A DNA stretch of 63,216 bases, the filler included, from Chrysochromulina tobinii (Eukaryota): assembly GCA_001275005.1 (NCBI GenBank). It is 8 parts of 8 records of this genome, joined end to end, with 100 filler letters (N's around TTAATTAATTAA, not from the genome) between each part and the next. Parts side by side here need not be neighbours in the genome. Positions count along the whole stretch, not along the records: positions 35,615 to 48,508 come from JWZX01000206.1; positions 48,609 to 59,994 come from JWZX01000207.1; 6 more parts are not named here. One strand, given 5' to 3'. The notes below the pieces were generated by a model. It had not been told where the DNA came from. It saw only the letters and a program-made list of their open reading frames with translations, and searched no databases. Each line of letters begins with the position of its first letter. The first letter of the stretch is position 1. Shown here in pieces: positions 44,929 to 53,281 of the stretch. The position numbers and the translations under genes are program-made.

Positions 44929-46378
44929 ATGTTCGCGATGCTCATCAACTGTGTAGCGGAGAAGACGAATGCCCACAGCAACTACATGAGGTCGGTGGCG
45001 TTTTCCCCGGACGGGACCAAGATTGTGTCGGGATCAAACGACGGGACGATCAAAGTCTGGGATTTGGGTGCGCTTCTGCCCCTCAAATCACTTCTCCTTG
45101 GTCAAAACTGACGCTTGCTGGCTTGTCTGGCAGGCACAATGGTGCAGTTGAGCGAGAAGACGAACGCCCACAGCGGCAGCATCTACTCGGTCGCGTTTTC
45201 CCCGGATGGGACCAAGATTGTATCCGGATCGGACGACAAGACGATCAAAGTATGGGATTCGGGTGCGCTGCGAGCTCATAATCGCCCTCCTTGGCCAAAA
45301 CTAACGCCTGTTGGCTTGTCTGGCAGGCGTGCTGGGGCTGTTGAGCGAGAAGACGAACGCCCACAGCGACTACATCAGGTCGGTCGCCTTCTCCCCGGAC
45401 GGGACCAAGATTGTGTCTGGATCGTACGACAAGACGATCAAAGTCTGGGATTCCGGTGCGCCGAAGATATCAAAATCGCCCCTCCTTGGCCAAAACTGAC
45501 GCTTGTTGGCTTGTCTGGCAGACAAGCTGGAGCTGCTGAGCGAGAAGACGAACGCCCACAGCAACGTCGTCATGTCGGTGGCGTTTTCCCCGGACGGGAC
45601 CAAGATTGTGTCGGGATCTGACGACAAGACGATCAAAGTCTGGGAATCGGGTGCGCCGAAGCCCTCAAATCGCCTTTCCTTGGCCGAAACTGACGCTTGC
45701 TGGCTTGTCTGGCAGGCAAATTGGAGCTGCTGAGCGAGAAGACCAACGCCCACAGCGACTTGATCGCGTCGGTTGCGTTTTCCCCGGACGGGACCAAGAT
45801 CGTGTCTGGATCGGACGACAAGACGATCAAAGTCTGGGATTTTGGTGCGCCTGAGCCTCGAATTCGCCCCTCCTTGGCCAAGACTGACGCCATTTGGCTT
45901 GCCTGGCAGACAAACTGGAGCTGTTGAGCGAGAAGACGAACGCCCACAGCGACTGGGTCATGTCGGTGGCGTTTTCCCCGGACGGGTCCAAGATCGTGTC
46001 CGGATCGAAAGACAAGACGATCAAAGTCTGGGATTCGGGTGCGCCGCGAGCTCAAAATCGCCCCTTCTTGGCCAAGACTGACGCGATTTGGCTTGCCTGG
46101 CAGACAAACTGGAGCTGTTGAGCGAGAAGACAAACGCCCACAGCAGCAGCATCTCGTCGGTGACGTTTTCCCCGGACGGGACCAAGATCGTGTCGGGATC
46201 GTGGGACAAGACGATCAAAGTCTGGGATCTGGTCAATTGGTCTCGCAAAGATCATTTGATGTTCAATCATACCACACAGGGATTCGTCTTGCTGCTGCTG
46301 TGGCTGAACAAATACAGCATGAAGTTTCCTGATGATGTGCTTGATCTGCTCATTGAAGCTTGCTTGAAAAGCAGGTGA
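44929..46378 (+). CDS. Seven-repeat WD40 protein, one repeat per exon; introns 45068-45133, 45263-45326, 45456-45521, 45651-45715, 45845-45909, 46039-46103
   Basis: Seven [35 protein letters not shown] repeats. Five internal exons of exactly 129 nt. GTGCG...CTRAC...TGGCAG phase-1 introns. An acceptor at 44927 implies a possible upstream exon. Confidence 0.92.
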
Positions 46379-46870
46379 GGCATGATTCACAGAAACAACT
46401 CTTCGGGCCATGTTTCGGCAACCATACTTGGGGCCTGTATCCATGGGGGTGTCACATTTTCGCGCGATGATCAACGTTGTGCGACATGTTGGAACTCGTT
46501 GGAACCACACGACGGTCGGACCGTAGTCACTAGTCAGGAGTCACGTCTTCACGAGCGAGGAGGTGGGTGGGCCAGGAGCGACCGACCCGTTCGTGGGGGT
46601 AGTTATTCACGCCGCGAAGAGTGGCCGACTGTCGTGGAAACTCTGGAAATCTCCTCTGGGCACATATTACATGATGAGCCAAGACATGAGGGAGGCTAAT
46701 AACATTTCTCCCCCCGCCCCAGGACTCCCGTATCGCAACCCGACACGATATCATCAGAGTGAGGTTCCGGCCTTATTTATCCAGCCTAGTACACTGCGAT
46801 GTAAAGCGCACGGGTATCACAGTATTCGCTCTGCTGAAATTCGAATGCTCGCCCGGGTCATCACTGTTTT

Positions 46871-48084
46871 TCAGACTCCCTCGCTCACGTGAGCTGCATT
46901 CTGCGCGCGCATCGCGGCCGCCTCCGCTGCCTCGGCCGCCTGCGCCGCCTGCGCTACCTCAGCTTCGGCCGCCGCTGCCGCCACTGCCGCCTCCATGTCC
47001 ACCGCCTCCTTGTCGGCCGTCGCCGCCGCCGCCGCCGCTCCCTCTGCTATGATGCTAAGCGGTGGGTGCGACATGGCCTGGCCGGTATCAGCCGCCGCCG
47101 CCACATGTGCCGCCGCCCCTGAGGCCACCGTCGAGCTGTTGCTCTTTGAGTGAGGAGGCCAGCTGTCGAGCGCCGCTTCGGGCGCCTCCAACGGCTCCAT
47201 CCCATCGGCAGGCCTCAGCGTCTCCAGGGGTGGAGGTGGACTCAAGCTGTGACTCGCTCGTGCGGCCAAAGCGGCCGCATGGTGTCTCGCCGCGGTCACC
47301 ACGGCGGCATCGTCCTCCACCGCGTCAGCGGCGGCCGCCGCGCCGCCCGTCGCCGCACCACCAGACGCCTGGAGCGTGTCGAGGACCTTCTGCACCTGTG
47401 GAAAAGGGAGCAAGGCGCCGTAGTGAGCACATGCATGCTGAGGTGCACCGTCGAGTCCATCCGCACCTGTCCCCAGCGCTCCAGCTCGCGCGCATCCGCG
47501 GTGCGCTCGCGCTCCGCGAGCTGCTCGATCTGCTTTGTGAGTGTCGACTGCAGCGACGTCTGGAGAGCGAAGAGCTGTCCGAGCTGCTCGTGGTTCTCCT
47601 TCGTCGACTGTGTCACCACGTCTTTCGCGGCGGCTGCAACGGCGGCGTCCACGGCGGCTGCAACGGCGGCGTCCACGGCGGCCTTCTGCTGCTGCTGGCA
47701 GCGCTCCACGACAGCCGCGGGCACGCCGGACGCCTGCTTGAGGCCGTCCTCGACCTGCCGTGCGTGCTGTGCGAGGCTGGTCGTAATGTGCGTCTTCAAC
47801 TCGGCGATGGCGTCGTCGTCGTTGCCCGCTTGTCTGGGAAGCTGCGACTTCAAGAAGATATCGTGAAGCTGGCGCTGCGACTTGAGCACCTCCTTCAGCT
47901 CTGCGTCCACCTCGGCAAACTTGGCGGCGAGCGTCTGCACCTGCTCGGCGGTGTTGCTCGCCTGCGACTGGGCCTTGTGCAGAAACCAGAGGCCGGCGAG
48001 GACGGCGGCGCCGCTCAGGAGGCGCCATGCTAGCGGCGTCGGCGTCTGACTGTGGCGCTTTTTGCCGTCACCCGAGGGCAACAT
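46871..48084 (-). CDS. Hypothetical TM + coiled-coil protein; intron 47396-47466
   Basis: LLSGAAVLAGLWFL TM helix followed by a coiled coil. A GTGCGG...CAG intron joins ERWGQ|VQKVLD. Confidence 0.6.
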
Positions 48085-48417
48085 GCTCGGTGACCAGCGA
48101 CTATCGTCGGAGGTCGCCCGTCGTCGTTCTGGAACCCCGACGATCGCGCAAGAAAGAATGACGTTTGCAATCATCGCAAATCATTCATGGCCAGTCCCCC
48201 CCCTCTTCCTCGCTGAACGCTTAGCCTGAAGGTCCCCGTCGACGCGCTCCGTGAAAGAGTGACGTTATCGTAAAGTGTGAACTGCTACTAATACATGTAA
48301 TCGGCCGTCAACTTAGAATCTAGTACGGAACGCAAAGCGCAAGTCGAAGGGATCGTGGAATCCTTGATTTTGGAACTCTTGGGGGAACATGGCGTATTAA
48401 AACAACTTGCTTAAAAC

Positions 48418-48505
48418 CTCCATCCCATCGACAGGCCTCAGCGTCTCCAGGGGTGGAGGTGGACTCAAGCCGCTGCTCGCTCGTGCGGCCAAGGCGGCCG
48501 CATGG
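48418..48505 (-). repeat. Near-identical copy of 47195-47282; probable 3' end of a tandem paralog
   Basis: ctccatcccatcg(a/g)caggcctcagcgtctccaggggtggaggtggactcaagc... is shared with few differences. Confidence 0.8.
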
Positions 48506-48508
48506 ACG

Positions 48509-48608
48509 NNNNNNNNNNNNNNNNNNNNNNNNNNNNNNNNNNNNNNNNNNNNTTAATTAATTAANNNNNNNNNNNNNNNNNNNNNNNNNNNNNNNNNNNN
48601 NNNNNNNN
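48509..48608. other. Artificial contig linker
   Basis: N-run + ttaattaattaa + N-run. Confidence 0.99.
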
Positions 48609-49296
48609 ATGACCTTGGAGACAAAGGGCGCCTTGTTCTTGTACGTGTTGAGGGGGATGTTCGTCTGGTCCCAGTACGGGTCCGCCTCGAGGAAGTCCTG
48701 GCAGGAGAGCACGCGGCGCGTTCGCTTGTCAGGCAGACGAACATGCAATTGATTGCGTGCTTGCTACTGCTGCTGTTGCTGCTGCTGCTCTTCTCTGCAG
48801 CACCAGCAGCTGCTATCGTACCTGCTTCTTGCCACCGAAGACGTTCTTAACAGCGTCGACGAGGCCCATCTGGACATTGGCAGTGCTGCGTGCACCAACG
48901 GCAGCAGGCACCACATGTGAATTTTGGGAGCCGAGGCGGCTTTGTGGGGATACACAGTCCGTTGGCAATTGTGAGCAGCGCCTGGACTTGAAGGCGGCGT
49001 GCTGTATCGCTGCGCCATGCCATCACCTCTGACGGTTCCATACGCGCATTTGGTGGCGCGCCAGCCAGCCGCAGCCACTGCTAGTGCACTGGCAGGCATC
49101 ACACGCACCTGGACTGAACGTTGGTGATGCGCAACGCTGGGCGGACAACGTAAGCACCGCTGCGAGAACGGCACGCACAGCGCTTGAATCAGCAATTCAG
49201 AAGCTTTGCAGTTGACCATGGTTCCTGCTAGCTTTGTGTGGGCTCGGCGAAGGCAGGCGGGACGTGCCTGACAGCAAGGCCGATCACGGCGAGCAT
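48609..49296 (-). CDS. petH: Second ferredoxin-NADP+ reductase gene, 5' part (exons 49296-49268, 49159-49109, 48885-48822, 48697-48609)
   Basis: Splicing (first donor GC) gives [78 protein letters not shown], with consistent exon phases. Confidence 0.8.
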
Positions 49297-49415
49297 TTTC
49301 TGGGAGATTCTGCGGATTCGTCACGTGAAGTGGAAGTCAAGTTTTCCAAGGGGCCGGGAGTTTACGTTTCTAATTTAGCGATGTGGGGAAAAGTAAATCA
49401 ACCCAGGTGCAAAGG

Positions 49416-50390
49416 TTACTGTTCGCGTTCGCGCTGCTGCTGCCGCTGCTGCTGCCTCTCAACGGTGCCCACGACGGAGCACCCCTCGGGCGGCCCGTCG
49501 AGCTCGTCGCGCTGCACGAGGTTGATGAGCGTGCGCCAGTGCTCACCTTCGTCGTCGCGTACCTCGCAGAAGACGTCGTAGAGCGACTCAAGCGAGCGGC
49601 GGCCGCGGCCCGTGCGCATGAACGTTTCGAGCACATCGTCACCCGAGTAGTACTCGCGCGCGATGGAGGGCACAGGCGCCGCTTTGAGCATCGCCTCGCG
49701 CTCAGTCACGAAGGCGTCGTAAGTGTGGTACGCGTGCTCTTCGACGAGCTCGGAGAGATGGTAGGCGGCACGCGGGTGCAAGAGGTAGAGCAGCACGCAG
49801 TACCAGAAGTAGCCGAAGGCGAGGTGCTGCGCCAGGAAACGGTCGGCGAAAGCTTCGCTGCCACCGAGATGCTCCATGATGAGCAGGTGATGAAGCTCGT
49901 TGTCGGCCTCTGCATAGTGGGTGCGCATGCGCCGGACCTGATCGCGCGCGCCGAGGCTCTCATACATGTGAAGGCACGAGAGATAGGAGAAGTACGGTAC
50001 GCGCGCGATCGTCTCGAGCACATAGAAGCGTTGGAAGTCGCGGCCGGCGTAAAGTGCATCGATGGCACCCTTCATCACACCGATCAGGTGGCGATTGAAG
50101 TTGACGACGCCGTCCTCGAGAGGAGGCACATTCGTTGTGCATGAGTCGTCGACGGGCTGCGCGATGGCCTCGCGAGCGGTCATCATGAGCTCTGCATCCA
50201 ATACAACGTCAGCACTCGGTGCTGTCATCTTGAAGTCGGCTGATACCATACGGAGCCGCGAGGTGCAGCACCGCACATTCGAGCCGTGTGTCATCGTTCC
50301 TCGTACGACGGCCATGCCTGCGACGCACACCGCGTGCGAGACCACGGCTAGGACCAGGACCTTCATCAGCGTCTGAGCGTCTGATGACAT
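49416..50390 (-). CDS. PTOX: Plastid terminal oxidase (alternative oxidase family)
   Basis: RFYVLETIARVPYFSY, NELHHLLIME, ELVEEHAY and RDDEGEH di-iron motifs; N-terminal signal peptide. Confidence 0.93.
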   Translation of the reverse strand: MSSDAQTLMKVLVLAVVSHAVCVAGMAVVRGTMTHGSNVRCCTSRLRMVSADFKMTAPSADVVLDAELMMTAREAIAQPVDDSCTTNVPPLEDGVVNFNRHLIGVMKGAIDALYAGRDFQRFYVLETIARVPYFSYLSCLHMYESLGARDQVRRMRTHYAEADNELHHLLIMEHLGGSEAFADRFLAQHLAFGYFWYCVLLYLLHPRAAYHLSELVEEHAYHTYDAFVTEREAMLKAAPVPSIAREYYSGDDVLETFMRTGRGRRSLESLYDVFCEVRDDEGEHWRTLINLVQRDELDGPPEGCSVVGTVERQQQRQQQREREQ

Positions 50391-50731
50391 TTGTAATTCA
50401 CAGCCAATTATAAAACTCCGGTAACCCCCCCCACAAGACCCCACACCGCCCCGCCCCCGAACTTCCAGAGAATTGGTCAGAGAACCTTGACAAAGTCCGA
50501 CGCACCATACTCAGACTGTAACGAGTCACCCATCCTGCATCGCAGACCCCGCCCATACAGTTAATTCGCGGCGCTGAGAGTCGCGCGCGCGCCAGCCGCG
50601 ATGCAATGGCACAACCTACGGCGTTACAAACTGCCAACTGCGGGTACTGCGCACGCACAGGCCGTGCGCGACGAGCCTTATGCCAGGCCGCGCATTCCCT
50701 ACGTTGCCTTCAGCTCGAGTGGGTTGCACGC

Positions 50732-51989
50732 TTAATAGACCTCGACGTGCCACTGGCCCTTCTCCTTCCACTCCTTGAGCTTGTCCTCCCAGACGAGGCC
50801 CTTCTTGGACGAGACCTCCTCAAGCATCTCGGTGATGCCGGGCATCATGCCCTTGAGGCCGCAGAAGTACATGTGCGCGCCGTTGTCCATGCGGGTGAAG
50901 ACCTCGTCGGCGTACTCCTTGACCTTGTCCTGGATGTACATCTTGCCGCCGTCGACGTTTTTCTGCTCGCGCGAGAGCGCGTAGTCGACCTTGAAGTTCT
51001 TCGGGTACTTCTTGAGCACCTCCTGCCACTCGTCATCGTACAGGAGCGCGTCCGCGTTGGCGACGCCGAGGAAGAGCCACGCGAGGCCCTTGTACACCTC
51101 GCCGTAGGGCGTCTTCTCGACGAAGAGGCGGCGGATGAAGCTGCGGTACGGCGCAATGCCAGTGCCGGTCGCGACCATGATCAGGTCGACGTTCGGGTCC
51201 TTCTCGGGGATGAGCATCACCTTGCCCGACGGGCCGGTGAGCATGAGCTCATCGCCGGGCTTCGCGTCGCACAGGAAGTTGGAGCAGACGCCCTTCTTCG
51301 CGGGGTCGTCCGCCTTGAGCTCGGGGCACCAGTACGTGGCGCGGCGCACGCAGAGCGAGGTGGTCGTGCCGGTCATGTCATCGCCGTAGCGCGACGAGGC
51401 GATCGAGTAGAGGCGCACCGTGTTGGGCTTGCCGTTCTTCGGGTTGATGCCCGGGGGGATGACGCCGTACGACTGGCCCTCCCAGTACGGCATCTTGCCG
51501 CCATGGTTCATGATGATGTGGCACGTCTCGCCGGTCGCCTGCGGGCCAACGATGCGCTTGACCGAGATGACCTTGGAGACAAAGGGCGCCTTGTTCTTGT
51601 ACGTGTTGAGGGGGATGTTCGTCTGGTCCCAGTACGGGTCCGCCTCGAGGAAGTTCTGGGTGCCCTTGCCAGTGCCCGGCACGATGGCATACTCACCCGA
51701 GGGCGCAGCGGCGGCGGCGACGCCGCCCTTGCCGTCGTACGAGCGGCGCCAGGCGTTCTCGTCCATGCTGCGCACGCGCGCGAGCAACACCCCAGATTCG
51801 TCTCAGTGTGGGTGGAACCATGGGAAAGCGGGAGGTGGCAACAGGAAAATGCATGGTAGCGTGCGCTTTTCGAGTGGGCACGCTTTCGAACCTGACGCCC
51901 TGCACGCGCGACATGCGGCCCTGCACGATCGGGGCAGCCCCCGGCTGCAGGTAGGCGGTGAACGCGGCGGCGGTCGCGAGTGCGAGCAT
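50732..51989 (-). CDS. petH: Ferredoxin-NADP+ reductase, plastid-targeted; intron 51768-51891
   Basis: [38 protein letters not shown] and C-terminal WHVEVY; presequence [13 protein letters not shown]. Confidence 0.96.
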
Positions 51990-52277
51990 CGTGAGGTGAA
52001 GATCGGCGTCGGGAGCTCGAGTCGAGCTCACCTCGTTGAACCAGCTCATGCGACGAGACGAAGCCAAAACAAGACTCGTCGCACGCCCAAAAGAAAAGGA
52101 CGTGACTAGACACACTCATACAAGGTCCCGCATGCTCTGATTCCCGCCTCCTTTTGATCCGAGTTCCGGCGCTGTGGGGAATTGATACAGAAACGGGCGA
52201 AGTGTCGTTTTTGCGTCCAGGAAATTCGAGCACTTTTGCACCTGCTCGCTATTCCGCCCCACTCCTTCTGCTTGCAC

Positions 52278-52805
52278 ATGCCCGCCGCCTCGACGACCAA
52301 CGTGGCGCAGTTCGACGAGCACGTCAACTGGCTGCGCACGCTGCGCTCCCAGTACGAGCAGCAGGTCGTTGACGCCGCGCGCTCGCCCAGTTCGCGGCCG
52401 GTCGGCTTCGGTGCCTCGCCATTTTCCTCGCCCTCCTCGTCGCCGCGCTCACAGGCGCACGCGAGCCCGGACGTTGCGGCGGCCGCGCTCCCCGAGGCTC
52501 CGATGGCGTGGGGCCACAACTACGAGATCAGTAACGATCCCTACAGCCACGCCGTCGACGTCGACGTTGATGGTGAGGTTCTTGCCTACCGTTCATTTGG
52601 CTTCATCCCCAGCGCCGAGTTCGTCGACGACCCGTCGTACGTGGACGACTATGACTTGCCGCCCACGCGCAGCGGCCTGGGGAGCGTCTTTGCCTCGCGG
52701 ATGAGCGACCCCATGGTCGACGCGGACTCGGAGTCCAGATGGCTCCAGACAATGCCCCCCCTCATCCGTCGACAGAACGCAATTCAGGTCGGTCCGCCCT
52801 TTTAG
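52278..52805 (+). CDS. Hypothetical Ser/Asp-rich protein
   Basis: ATG-initiated ORF ending PPLIRRQNA; divergent from FNR. Confidence 0.55.
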   Translation: MPAASTTNVAQFDEHVNWLRTLRSQYEQQVVDAARSPSSRPVGFGASPFSSPSSSPRSQAHASPDVAAAALPEAPMAWGHNYEISNDPYSHAVDVDVDGEVLAYRSFGFIPSAEFVDDPSYVDDYDLPPTRSGLGSVFASRMSDPMVDADSESRWLQTMPPLIRRQNAIQVGPPF

Positions 52806-53281
52806 GCAAGGGCGCGGCACGGGAACGATAATGAGCGTCGCTAGAGCTCTGTTCGCGGGCTTGCTCCGCCCCGGCGCGCGGGGCGGCATCAACTTTGTGT
52901 TGCCGGCACGAGAGGTTCAGTACAGGTCCTCAGGTCGGGTGGGTACCGCGTACCGACAGTATCGATGGCTGTTCTGCTGAGAACTAGGCAACTAGGGCCC
53001 TGAGATGCGAGAATACACAATCTACCTACTTAGGCAAGCAAAGTCACCCAGCCTTAAACACAACCACATGCGCGAGCGAACATATGCGCCTTTAATATAT
53101 GCGCAAGAACTACACATTTCGGTCACGGGGTTCGACGCTCAGACGCGATATCCGGTAATATGTAGTTCTCAGAACACATGAGGTTCTGCGCAAAAGCACT
53201 TGTTAGACACTTGTCTTGTCAAGACTCAGCGTGTCGCACAACGCACCGTTTCGTCTGCATCTTTCGCGAGTCGAGAGCCTC

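Noticed and set aside
44941..46230. Repeat-spacer pattern suggestive of CRISPR or a frameshifted pseudogene
   Set aside because: Fully explained by WD40 exons and GT-AG introns that restore one open frame.
50606..51859. 417-aa plus-strand ORF (similarly 53942-55723 and 32611-33633)
   Set aside because: Antisense shadows of FNR, the EF-hand gene and CMAS caused by codon bias.
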